Made by a program: the position numbers and the translations under genes. Under the pieces are notes generated by a model that was not told where the DNA came from, made no database searches, and saw only the letters and a program-made list of their open reading frames with translations. From Candidatus Poribacteria bacterium (GTDB lineage Bacteria > Poribacteria > WGA-4E > WGA-3G), in NCBI GenBank assembly GCA_965214095.1, contig OZ243938.1:3008001-3072000 (forward strand): a stretch of DNA of 64,000 bases, read 5' to 3'. This document shows, one piece after another, positions 11,001-19,800 of the stretch; position 1 is the stretch's first letter, and each line of letters begins with the position of its first letter.

Positions 11001-13605
11001 ATAATACAGTAAGCGGTATCGGGTTGACAGTGTTACGTTCCAAGCGAAGTGTTGTCAGCGACGACAACCCAGAGAAGATACCCGCGGGTAAGCTGCTCAA
11101 CGTACCAGAAGACAAGTCAAGAAACGTTAACGATGATAGACTGGAAAAGATACCATCTGGCAGGTAGGTGGGTTTAAGACCTGCCATGCTGAGACTCGTC
11201 AACGATGTCAACTGATCAAACACGTCAACTGGTAGGGAAGAGAGATTATAAATACGGTTCAAGTTGAGACTTTCCAACGATGTCAAATTGTCAAACACAC
11301 CATCTGGCAGGGAGGTCATGTCGTTTTGAGCAAGGTTAAGGAGTGTCAATGATGTTAAGTTGTCAAATACACCATCTGGTAGAGAGGTAAAAGTATTAGC
11401 AGGGGAAGCAGCATCCAAAATAAGTGTATTTAGCTGGGTCAACTGGTCAAAAGCTCCAGCAGGGATGGAAGTAATTCGGTGGAAACCTAAATTTAGACTC
11501 TTCAATGAGGTGAGACTAAGGACTGCTTCAGGGACTGAAGTAAGTCGTGTGTTGTAAAGACTGACACTTTCCAGCGTGTTTAGCCCATCAAAGATGCCGT
11601 CTGGTAGACTGACACCATTCCACCTGTCTATCTCAAGTATTCTCAGTGCGGTCAACCCCGAGAAATCTCCTATCTGAAGGTTAAGAGGTCCTTGTGTCTC
11701 AATCCCTGGGAGGTTAACTCTGAGAGTAGTAATTGCTGCAAGGTGTGCTTCGGTAACATCGTCAGCAGAATTCACACCCGGCACCGCTGCGACGATAGCA
11801 TCGCGCACCTGTGGCGTGCGTCCACCGAGTAAGCTTGGAATTGTGATATCAAGTTCTAAACTTCTACCAGCTGCCTCAATGGCTGCGACGAGCCTACGGA
11901 GCGGTCCGTAATCTGAAATAGAATTGCCAGACAGATAGAGGCTTGTCAGACTTGTCAAATCTTCAACTGCGGATACATCACTAATGGAATTATCTGACAG
12001 ATAGAGGCTTGTCAGACCCGTAAGATTATCAAATATGTCATCCGGTAACGTGGTTAACTGATTCCCAACCATACGCAGATCTGTCAACGAAGTCAGTCCA
12101 TCAAAAAGACCCGCTGGTAACGTCGTCAACTGATTGGAACCGAAGCGGAGCGTTGCCAGTGACGATAAGCCATTAAATATCCCCGGCGGTAACGTGCTTA
12201 ACTGATTTACACCGAATTGGAGCGTTGCCAGTGACGATAAGCCATTAAATATCCCCGGCGGTAACGTGCTTAACTGATTTACACCGAATTGGAGCGTTGC
12301 CAGTGACGATAAGCCATTAAATATCCCCGGCGGTAACGTGCTTAACTGATTATCATATAGGGTAAGTGTTGTTAGTGCGGTAAGTCCGCTAAAGATATCC
12401 TCTGGTAGACTCGTAAGTTGATTATCATAGAGACGCAGCTCCTCCAAACTGGTGAGGCCTTGAAAATCACCAGATTTTAGGGATGTGATGTTTCTATCAT
12501 TCAGATATAAGGTAGTAATTCCAGTAAGGTGGCTATCCGTGATTTCTGCGTAACTGGAAACATTCGGATCGTTTAGACGGACAACGGCGAGGATCGCTTC
12601 TGCTACCTGTGGTGTGCGTGCCCAGATTGGGATAAATACAGGCACTTCGGTAAATGTTAATGGCAGATCGGTAGTTTTTATGAGTGTATAGCCACTGTGA
12701 TCCTCTGGAAGCGGAGAGATACTTCCAATATCCACACTCACATTAGGTGTTTCATCACTTGTGCGGGTTACGGTAAGCACATCACTTTCCAAACTACCAG
12801 CCGGGATTGTAACCGATGTACCCCTATCCAAAATGAGACCATTTGTAAGAGTGAGTGACAATACAATATCAAAAGGTGCACCTGTTGGAATTACTGCTTT
12901 GAACTGTTCCGTTCCAACAATTTCTAATGAGACAGATAGGGACAAAGAACCATTGGTCTGACCTAAATTAACATTCCTAAGATTTGACAACCCATCAAAT
13001 ATTCCATCTGGAAGTTCTGTCAGTTGACTGTACTCCAGACGAAGAGTTACGAGATTTGACAACCCATCAAATAATCCATCTGGAAGTTCTGTCAGTTGAT
13101 TTCGATCCAGACGAAGAGTTACGAGATTTGACAATCCATCAAATATTTCATCTGGAAGTTCTGTCAGTTGATTTTGACTCAGATAAAGAGACTGGAGATT
13201 TGACAACCCACCAAATATTCCATCTGGAAGTTCTGTCAGTTGATTTTGACTCAGACCAAGAGTTATGAGATTTGACAACCCATCAAATATTTCATCTGGA
13301 AGTTCTGTCAGTTGATTACCATCCAGACCAAGATGGCGGAGATTTGACAACCCATCAAAGTCGCCCTCTTTCAGTTCTGTGATATTCTCATCAGCCACAG
13401 ACAAGGTAACAATACGAGCGAGGTGTACCTCAGTCACATTTGCAGCAGAATTCACACCTCGCACCGCTGCGACGATAGCATCGCGCACCTGCGGTGTGCG
13501 GTCACTCACAGGGGTAATGTCTGCATAACCTGTAAGATATGTTCCCAACAACATAAAAATTGTCACGAATATGGATACGATCTGACTTTTCTTTGAATTC
13601 AACAT
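2068..13605 (-). CDS. Giant secreted LRR/cadherin-like/Big protein (3845 aa) with a FlgD/T9SS-CTD-like C-terminal domain
   Basis: AGGGAG RBS and signal peptide. About 10 LRR blocks, mostly 24-aa 'LTSLPxGxFDxL' with an RTxQVRDAIV N-cap, plus one 22-aa internalin-like block. One Big_1-like domain (GVPVTFAITAGGG...TDANG), 5 LDYE cadherin-like repeats, C-terminal NFPNPFNPETW...TRKMLIRK. Confidence 0.92.
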   Translation of the reverse strand: MLNSKKSQIVSIFVTIFMLLGTYLTGYADITPVSDRTPQVRDAIVAAVRGVNSAANVTEVHLARIVTLSVADENITELKEGDFDGLSNLRHLGLDGNQLTELPDEIFDGLSNLITLGLSQNQLTELPDGIFGGLSNLQSLYLSQNQLTELPDEIFDGLSNLVTLRLDRNQLTELPDGLFDGLSNLVTLRLEYSQLTELPDGIFDGLSNLRNVNLGQTNGSLSLSVSLEIVGTEQFKAVIPTGAPFDIVLSLTLTNGLILDRGTSVTIPAGSLESDVLTVTRTSDETPNVSVDIGSISPLPEDHSGYTLIKTTDLPLTFTEVPVFIPIWARTPQVAEAILAVVRLNDPNVSSYAEITDSHLTGITTLYLNDRNITSLKSGDFQGLTSLEELRLYDNQLTSLPEDIFSGLTALTTLTLYDNQLSTLPPGIFNGLSSLATLQFGVNQLSTLPPGIFNGLSSLATLQFGVNQLSTLPPGIFNGLSSLATLRFGSNQLTTLPAGLFDGLTSLTDLRMVGNQLTTLPDDIFDNLTGLTSLYLSDNSISDVSAVEDLTSLTSLYLSGNSISDYGPLRRLVAAIEAAGRSLELDITIPSLLGGRTPQVRDAIVAAVPGVNSADDVTEAHLAAITTLRVNLPGIETQGPLNLQIGDFSGLTALRILEIDRWNGVSLPDGIFDGLNTLESVSLYNTRLTSVPEAVLSLTSLKSLNLGFHRITSIPAGAFDQLTQLNTLILDAASPANTFTSLPDGVFDNLTSLTLLNLAQNDMTSLPDGVFDNLTSLESLNLNRIYNLSSLPVDVFDQLTSLTSLSMAGLKPTYLPDGIFSSLSSLTFLDLSSGTLSSLPAGIFSGLSSLTTLRLERNTVNPIPLTVLLEKVLDGEFKAVASAGAPFDIVVPLSVTDARIRGGATTLTIPTGSVESEVLTVTRTPGATDTTTVNIGTLPSLPANHTGYSLVKSVDLPLAFPELGGSVFLSVSDRTPQVRDAIVAAVPGVNSAADVTEEHLAGITRLSISYENITALGEGDFDNLTALTSLSLVHNEISSLPDDIFDDLTALTSLSLAQNKISSFPVDIFENLTKLRDLGIDFNNYSSLPSGIFDNLTKLERLNLQGSNLRSLPDDIFDNLVALTALHMEDSSSFHSLPSGIFDNLTKLERLDLNRNKISSLPSGIFDNLTMLRDLWLPSNEISSLPDGVFGNLINLEELNLYNNKLTSLPNGILVGLTSLSLLSFTNSDIDPLPLLVSLQKVADGQFKAVAPTGAPFHIVLPLNVSGIISGGVTTITIPAGSVESEVLTVTPIPGTTGAVTVNIGTLPSLPSNHSGYALVKSTDLPILVPDGSTPVSERTPQVRDAIVAAVPSVNSASDVTAAHLAGIVRLSISSVNITKLKEGDFDGLIALDYLSLTNNRLTALPKGVFSDLSSLTSLSIGSNQLNSLETGVFKGLSSLTSFELQNNQFTTFDANIFSDLPALKHLNLYANQFTTLDGDTFSQLSSLEELSLHGNQISSLVSDDLSGLPPLKSLRLDGNRLTSLPAKVFISLPSLTSLFLHQNQITSIDAETFSGLSNLNNITLYRNQITSIANGAFSELSSLKVLNLHENRLTSIPEGLFSGLSLLTTVYIHKNPVDPLPLTVTLEKVVDGQFKAVVSTGAPFKMVLPISVTDGSISGGATTLTIPAGSMESEVLTVTRTPGATYATTVNIGTLRSQPGNHIGYTLVKSADLPIEVISEVIPIVLVNKGVCKVGDILTLGESCTYPDTDAVFSVIADGRSQWNIPGLPDWLATVVNRISTNDSMSVISTVNGKTYRFEAKAVENDAWQIEQIGDRTQESIASGINIPDSNLRTKIEDALNKSSGDTITITEMETLTSLNGQDSSISDLTGLETATNLTTLKLGNNAIVDISALANLTKLTELQLWDNQITTLSDLSGLTNLTTLYLWGNTVSDISDLSGLISLMQLRLGENSITNIGTVSNLTNLTQLYLNENTITDISAITGLTNLTELRIGSNTISDITPVQNLTNLEWLDMPNNQISNISAVQNLTSLVELYFQNNSVSDLSPLVGNTGLGESTEIDIRGNPLNYPSIYTHIPALQAKDVYIDFDNRVATTPVKISGDTQSGETGATLTQPFIVEVKDSGSVIFAGVPVTFAITAGGGTLSATNTTTDANGRAQTTLTLGDTAGTNTVSVSVPGVTQTITFTATATAPVVVYITPVGDRTSQVAQAILGVVRLDYPNVSTYAEITATHIASPTALYLNNKNITTLKSGDFDGLTGLEDLRLNNNQLTSLPSGIFSGLTALINLNLFNNQLSSLPDGIFEGLTSLTTIRLARNTVDPLPVTVSLEKVAEGQFKAVVPTGATFDFVLPITVSNGSITGDASSLTIPQGSTESETLTVTRTAGTTADVTIDIGTLPSLPRNHFGYALVKPDDLPLAVITSINTAPVFTDGTAITRTVTENTVATTNIGTPIAATDTENDTLTYTLSGTDASAFDIDSSTGQLKTKTTLDYETKNTYTVTITVSDGSLTDTITVTINITDIDEAVVVDPPTTNVAPTFTDGESTTRVVSENTAAGTNIGNPVNATDANNDTLTYSLGGIDAASFDVDSTTGQLKTEASLDYESKRVYSVTITAADDELSDTTTVIISVIDVNDTVLSSGFVPVADRTAQVRDAIVDAVPNVTDAATVTESQVAAITSLNLRSKGILSLKTGDFSGMIALTDLNLFRNQLSELPPGIFDGLTALSTLRLGDNVVDPLPLFVSLQSVGTGQFKAVITTGAPFSMVLPITVTDGSISSGITSVTIPQGRAESTSFTVIGTAAKVSFGTFPSIPQGHFGYTLTQFTVCNRTTEVADAIAAAVGVSDCSDVTEVDLATITRLDLSGSAITSLQTGDFDGMVSLRTLYLENNELTSLPNNIFDDLVSLTFLSLNENKLTTLPSGIFSKLTSLTHLDIFDNDLNSLPSSVFTGLSALTSLSLKNNELTYLPGDIFSGLSSLTSLSLSNNKLTSLTAGIFEGLTQLSQLHLSLNPNANTLLTLRISLQKVGTNSVKAVVPSGAPFTMTIPVQIENGVLAGGATTMTIPIGAVESQPLTITRTAGTVAAVTVDIGTALPRLPSNHNGYNLLKSRTLPLEVLPPLNSPPVFTEGASTTRTILENTAIGTNIGDAITATDVNTADTLTYTLSGTDAAAFDIDSTTGQLTTKVALDYETKNAYSVTLTVSDSIATGTIAVTINISNVNEAPVFAADSLTTHTVAENTVAGTNIGTAYSATDVDGDTLTYSLSGQDAAAFGIDTETGQLKTSAALDYETKTIYSVTITVSDGKLNTSITVTINVTNVDELPIDPEEVEEVSTNNAPVFTDGETATRTVVENTSSSVDIGLAVSATDADNDTLTYTLDGTDASAFDIDSSTGQLKTKAALDYETKTTYTVTITASDGSLTATIEVTINVTDVAEVVTSEDGTSTDTDTDENGESVTDTDTNNEPASTVGFTPVSERTSVIRDIIVRAAGVESAGDVTETHLASIKSLSYSGHSQPSLSTLKIGDFDGLTGLTALSMSDHSLSSLPDGIFDDLTSLTTLTLRGFWSNTPLSSLPTGVFDNLTKLTYLNIGYNSLSSLPDGIFDNLAELIEFWMFNNQVSSLPDGIFDNCTSLTALRLGGNGLSSLQADVFDNLSALSFLTLGSNSLSSLPEGIFDNLSALTSLFLHANGIVSFPDGIFDNLSALTYLNVYNNPIEDFEQLRRLKANNPGIEIFGVRIPEEDDNGAPALPAVPSETTLLANFPNPFNPETWIPYQLSTDADVTLTIYNMRGVVVRQLKLGQKAAGVYTSRSRAIHWNGRNQIGEKVAAGVYFYTLKAGDFTATRKMLIRK
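12147..12351. repeat. Perfect 72-bp tandem repeat (about 2.85 copies) encoding identical LRR units
   Basis: Units start at 12147, 12219 and 12291 and encode NQLSTLPPGIFNGLSSLATLQFGV. Confidence 0.9.
12981..13359. repeat. 72-bp tandem LRR array (5+ units) with constant framework and variable 21-nt window
   Basis: GATTTGACAA recurs every 72 bp from 12981 to 13341. Confidence 0.9.
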
Positions 13606-13906
13606 TTCAAATATCTCCCTTAAATCGTAGTTATGTCAATAATACGATTTTTTGGTAGTGAGTTTTAAGGTGTTCGTAGTCGCAATTCATTGCGCCTCGG
13701 ACATTCGCTGGTAGACAAGGTCCCCGAAACTCGTCTATTCAAAGTGTCAAATTAATTCTTAAATCTATTATTGTTACCCCTACACTCCGCAGTTATGGAT
13801 CTGGAAAATGGACATTTTTGACTTCTTTACCTAATATGTTGATGATTTTAGAATGTATCTCATTTAGATTTGCAATAGTGCGTTGTCCGTGATCATTTTG
13901 TCTTAT

Positions 13907-14009
13907 CATAGTAAATTATGAATAAAAGTTGACACTTTCGCCCCACGATAGGCGAGGTTTCCTAACCTCGTTGATGCAGAGTGTTAACGTGATTCCAAAA
14001 TCTACTATA
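13907..14009 (-). mobile_element. MITE-like family A copy 2 (inverted, more diverged)
   Basis: Reverse complement of 1782-1884, same length, same hairpin core. Confidence 0.7.
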
Positions 14010-14378
14010 ATACGCTAAGTTGCTACAATACTTTGTGAATATTCAGCGTTTCTCTATTAGAAACGGTATATCTGTGTAAAAAAATCTTGTAAGTAGCAAC
14101 TTGAATTAAGGTAATTATAATAAGTAGTCATATTAAAGTCAATATTATTTAATATTGTATTATTATATTTTATTAGTTTAACATGACTTTTAATGACAAG
14201 TTATCATTTAGAAATGGTATAATAACCTAATGGAGTGTCTACACTAAAATTACGGGTATATGATTTTGAAGAGGGCGAGGTGACCTCGCCCCTACGATCA
14301 TATTACCCTAAAAATAAAGGTAGACAGAACACTAAGTTGCTACCTAATAAATTGCTTTTAAATCCATGGGATTTTCTC

Positions 14379-14454
14379 CCGGTATTCAATGGAATCAACT
14401 CCGCAGACGGCGTAATGAACTCGATTGGTCTAACGTCTATAAATGACATAATCG
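14379..14454 (+). pseudogene. Remnant of the IS5-family transposase found at 22864-23863
   Basis: 72/76 nt identical to 23144-23219, including a TGG to TGA change. Weaker similarity may extend to about 14525. Confidence 0.8.
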
Positions 14455-14615
14455 GAGAAATATGATCAATCTTTTTCTTCTTCATAGCTTAGGAAGGGGT
14501 ACCAATCTGTCTATGAAAAAGGCGGTTGAGGGGTTTATCTGCCGCATCGGGTTTTAATCTGAATGACAAAATTATCAGTCGGCGAGAATGGGCCTCACCA
14601 TCTAATCCTTATAAT

Positions 14616-15029
14616 TCAATCCGTGCACTCGGGATAAGCAACCAAAAAGTAAATATCTTCACCATTTGTTAAGACCGAAGTTATGCCATAATCTTCAGCA
14701 AAACTCTGACCTAATGACTGCGCCTCCGATAAATCAGTAAACGCAAATGTAAAGAATGGAACGATAAATACTTCACCGCCACAATTATCATCCTGCCACT
14801 TCAATATAGTTTTAATTACTAACTCTTTATCTTCTACACTATACACAAACTTTGGCACCCATGCCTCATTGCGAGAACCATCATATAAGAAGAATTCACC
14901 ATCCCGAAAAAATCCGTCTAAACCACTGTCAACCTCTTCCTCTGTAATGACTGGATCAACAATAACCTTTGTAGGCTCGCAACCAAATAACAATAATAAC
15001 AGGACTAAAGAGAAATATTTCATATACAT
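14616..15029 (-). CDS. Hypothetical lipoprotein
   Basis: MKYFSLVLLLLLFGC lipobox. The start is probably ATG 15029 or 15023 rather than 15041. Confidence 0.65.
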   Translation of the reverse strand: MYMKYFSLVLLLLLFGCEPTKVIVDPVITEEEVDSGLDGFFRDGEFFLYDGSRNEAWVPKFVYSVEDKELVIKTILKWQDDNCGGEVFIVPFFTFAFTDLSEAQSLGQSFAEDYGITSVLTNGEDIYFLVAYPECTD

Positions 15030-15046
15030 AAAAAATTCCAATCTTA

Positions 15047-15456
15047 TATAGTAAAAACCATAATTATTTGAGGGGTGTGCATAAATATATTATGTGCCAA
15101 CATTGGCAGCGTCTCTCATCAAGTATTTCTTTATATGTAATTGTCCCCTTTGTGGTAGCATAATCTATTGAGACGTTTTGATCTTGTGGACGGCACGCGG
15201 AGCGTGCCTACTACTTTTAAGACTATCTTTGAGATTGCTTTTCTTTATGTACACTTCTCAATTAATTACACACGACGGTAGGTTTGGTTTCCTAACCGAA
15301 CCGGTGTTTGTTCAGTCTCATAGTCAGGCAGAATGCGCCAAATCAACGGTATGAATCATGGAGCATGCTACACGCGCATGCTTCATTAGGCATTCTGCAT
15401 TGGTTCGGAAACCGCATCTACCGGGGAGTGTGCACGTGTTTTTACATTTCACTATA
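15047..15456. mobile_element. Composite nested MITE: family B element (as at 54359) carrying two inserted elements
   Basis: Outer ends TATAGTAAAAACC...TTTCACTATA. Insert 15070-15259 has IRs GAGGGGTGTGCATAAA / TTTATGTACACTTCTC flanked by AATTATTT / AATTAATT. A second insert has GCAGAATGC...GCATTCTGC ends (about 15328-15398). Confidence 0.7.
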
Positions 15457-15568
15457 ATTCAAAAGTTTACTATAATCACAATCCAATTAGAAGGAGACAT
15501 TTGAGCGATGTTCAACCCATCTTCAAACGGTGAGACAATACACCAAAGTATGAGCGAATAAACATCAA

Positions 15569-15597
15569 CAATCCAGTTATCATAAGGTCTTATGATA
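15569..15597. terminator. Hairpin directly after the stop codon of the IS-interrupted giant gene
   Basis: TATCATAAG-GT-CTTATGATA. Confidence 0.4.
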
Positions 15598-18589
15598 CTA
15601 TTTCCGTATCAACATCTTGCGGGTAGCAGTAAAATCACCTGCATTGAAAGTGACAAAATAGACACCTGTGGCGACTTTCTCTCCGATGCTGTTTCTTCCA
15701 TCCCAATGTGCTGCGTGTTGTTGACTCGTGTAGAAACCTGCTTTCTGCTGTCCTAATGCTAATGTCCGAACGACAACACCACGCATATTATAGATTGTCA
15801 ATCTGACATCGGCAGGTTTAGACAACTGATACGGTATCCACGTTTCCGGGTTAAACGGATTGGGAAAGTTGGATAGGAGCAAGGTTTTTTCTGGTACTTG
15901 TTGGATGTTGACGGGAGCTTGACTAACAGCAGGTATCACTATAAGAGGCGGATCTGGATCGACAATGCGGATTTCATATCCGCGGTTATACAAACTGACT
16001 GGATTTAGTGTCAAAACAAGGTCTACTCTAACAGCATCCGTCGTGCCTTCAGTGCGTATCACGTTAATAATTTTGCTCTGATTTTCACCCGCTGTCATCC
16101 GTAAATCGGGGACGGAGCTATAACTACCTGATGTTCCTGTAATCTGATTAGGATCTATTACACCGTTAATAACAGTGACGAATGAGTGAAACGTAGCTGG
16201 TACACCGATAGGACATATCGCGCGGAATTGACCGTCTGCAACTTTTTCCAGAGACACACGGATATCCATAGCTTTATAACCAGCACCTTGGTCACCACAT
16301 TCAAAACTGGATAGTTTTGTGAGACCAACCAACAAACCATCTGGCAATGAACTTAGGTTGTTATTGTCTATATATAGATTAGTCACTTCAGTTAAATTAC
16401 TAAAGATATCAGATGGCAACGAAGAAATATCATTATATGCAACGTCGACTTTTGTCAATTTGGTATTTTCGTCAAATAGACCACTTGGCAATGTAGTCAA
16501 CTTGTTAGCACTGATATCTATTGATGTGAGTTCTGTAAGTTCGTCAAATTCGTCTCCATCCAACGAAGTTAAGTCGATGGCAGATACTGCAAGCGACTGA
16601 AGTTTGGTGAGTTGGTCGAAAATATCATCAGGCAAAGTTGAGATTCCATTACGCGCTATCACCAGATAGGTTAGTTCTGTGAGATTATCAAAAACACCAT
16701 CAGGCAAGGTTGTTATATTATTTACACTTAAATCAAGTCCTTCCAGTGCTGTGAGATTATCAAAAACACCATCAGGTAAGGAATTCAATTCGTTCCGATT
16801 AAATAGAATTTTCTTCAGTGCTGTGTTATTGTCAAAAATACCGTCAGGTAAAGAAGTTATCAAGTTGTTATATATTTGTAATTCTTCCAGAGATGTTAGT
16901 CCATCAAATACCCCAGCAGGTAGGGAAGTCAATCGGTTTGTGCTAAAACTCCTATCATCGTATAGATAGAGTCTTTTCAAAGATGAGAGATTATCAAAAA
17001 TACTTTCAGGCAAAGTTGTGAGTTCTGTGAGACCGAGGTTAAGTTCCTCAAGAGCAGATAGACTGTCAAAAACATCTGATGGTATTGTAGTGAACTTGTT
17101 TGCGAAAAGGTCCAGTTTTATCAATCCTGTGAGTCCATCAAAATCACCTGATAGAAGTGCGGATTGCGTTCCACTTAACACACCAGGAATCTCAAGGTCA
17201 GTTATTGCGGTAAGGTGTGCAGCTGTTACATTTGCAGGATCGCTGACACCCGGAACCTTACCCACAATTGCATCGCGTACTCTCGGTGTGCGTTCATCCA
17301 CAGGTGTGTCCGGAATATCTTCGTTTACATCCGTAATAGTGATTGTGACAGTGATTGTCGCACTATTATTACTTGCACCACTGTCATCCGTCACCTTGAC
17401 AGTCACAGAATACGTACTCTTTTCTTCATAATCCAATGCAGCACTAGTTTGCAGCTGCCCTGATGTGGTGACAATACTGAATGAGGACGCATCCGTGCCT
17501 TCAAGACTATAGGTCAATGTGTCACCTGTATCAGCATCTGTTGCAGCGACGGCGGTCCCGATGTTTTCACCGGACGCGGTATTTTCTGCGATAGAACGGT
17601 CGGTGCTGGCACCATCAGTAAACACAGGCGTGTTGTTTTGGTTTTGCCGTGAAATGCGTGTGACAAGGATTGTCCCAGATATTTCAGCAGTGCCACCATT
17701 CCCGTCTGATGCGATTACGTTTATTGAATACGACGAACTGGTATGATCAATAAGCGTTTGCGTGACTTGGATCTTTCCTGTGGACGTATTTATGGTAAAA
17801 TAAGAGGCATCCGTTCCACCCAGACTATAGGTCAATGTGTCCTCATCAGGATCCGTCGCGGTTACAGCGGTACCGATCGTATCACCGACCGAAGCAGACG
17901 CAATATCTGCTATGCGATAGTTAAAACTATTTGCTGAAAATGTTGGTGCACGGTTCTCATCTACGTCTGTGATGTTAATCGTGACGGTGATAGTGGTGGC
18001 ATCATTACTTGCACCACTGTCATCTGTTGCTGTGACGGTTACTGTGTAGGAAGTCTTTGTTTCATAGTTCAGTGCTGCCTTCGTTTTCAACTGACCTGAA
18101 GTAGTAACGATGCTGAAGGATGCAGCATCTGTGCCAGCGAGGCTATAGGTCAAGGTATCATTGGTATCCTGGTCTGTGGCAGTAACAGCATTTCCGATGT
18201 TGGTATTAGCAACGGTATTCTCAGCGATGGCACGTGTGGTTGAAGCCCCCTCTGAGAACACAGGTGCATCGTTTGCGTCTGTGACGTTAATCGTCACTGT
18301 GATAGAATCTGTGGCATTATCTGGGTCTGAAGCAAATACCGAGATGGAATATGAACTTTTCGTCTCATAATCCAGTGCTGCCTTTGTTTTCAACTGGCCT
18401 GTGCCACTCTCAATACTAAACGATGCAGCATCTGTGCCACCGATACCATAAGTCAAAGTATCATCGTCTGCGTCAGTTGCTGTGATAGCATCGCCGATGT
18501 TCTGAGCAGCGGCTGTATTCTCAGCGATGGATCGGGTCGTGCTTGCATCTGTGAAGACTGGCGCACGATTTTCATCCACGTCCGTAACA

Positions 18590-19800
18590 TTGATTGTCAC
18601 AGCGATAGAAGCTCTACCACCATTTCCATCAGAAACAGAGACTGTCACGGAATATGATGTCTTTGCTTCATAGTTCAATGCTGCTTTTGTGCGTATTTGA
18701 CCTGTTGTGCTATCAATGTCAAAGGAAGCTGCATCTGTGCCAGTCAGACTATAAGTCAGTGTGTCGCCAGTGTCCGGGTCTGTTGCAGAGACAGCACTGC
18801 CAATATCAACACCAGAACCCGTATTTTCGGCTACGGAGCGGGTAGCACTATTTGCAGAAAACGTAGGAGCACGGTTCTCATCTACATCCGTAACATTGAT
18901 TGTCACAGTGATAGAGGCACTACCACCATTCCCATCGGAAACAGAGACGGTAACTGAGTATGAATTCTTATCTTCATAATCCAGTGCTACTTTTGTTCGT
19001 ATTTGCCCTGTTGCGCTGTTAATGTCAAAAGAGGCAGCATCTGTGCCAGTCAGTCTATAAGTCAGTGTATCGCCAGTGTCCGGGTCTGTTGCGGAAACAG
19101 CACTGCCAATATCAACACCAGACCCCGTATTTTCTGCTACAGACAGAGTTGCACTATTTGCAGAAAACGTAGGAGCACGGTTCTCATCTACATCCGTAAC
19201 ATTGATTGTCACCGCGATAGAGGCACTACCACCGTTTCCATCAGAAACAGAGACTGACACAGAATATGATGTCTTTGTTTCATAATCCAATGCTGCTTTT
19301 GTTCGTATTTGCCCTGTTGCGCTGTTAATGTCAAAAGAGGCAGCATCTGTGCCAGTCAGTCCATAAGTCAGTGTATCGCTAGTGTCCGGGTCTGTTGCGG
19401 AAACAGCACTGCCAATATCAACACCAGAACCCGTATTTTCGGCTATAGACCGGGTGGCACTATTCGCAGAAAACGTAGGGGCGCGGTTCTCATCCACGTT
19501 CGTAACATTGATTGTCACAGCGATAGAGGCACTACCACCATTTCCATCAGAAACGGTGACTGACACAGCATAAGAATTATCATCTTCATAATCCAATGCT
19601 GCTTTTGTGCGCAACTGACCTGTTGTGCTAACAATACTGAAAGATGCGGCATCTGTGCCAGTCAGTCTATAAGTTAGGGTATCGTCAGTGTCCGGGTCTG
19701 TTGCTGAAACGGCATCGCCGATGTCTACACCCTGTCCAGTATTCTCGGCGATGGAACGGGATGTGGTTTCACTATCATCAAAGGTTGGTGCGCGGTTCTC
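18590..19800. repeat. 306-bp tandem cadherin-like repeats with high DNA identity
   Basis: 306-bp period visible (19076/19382/19688), encoding ENRAPTFSANSATRS...GGSASIAVTINVTDVD. Confidence 0.8.

Noticed and set aside
12981-13359. Diversity-generating retroelement target
   Set aside because: Some variable codons fit NNT, but many framework adenines are invariant, and no reverse transcriptase or template repeat is in the window.
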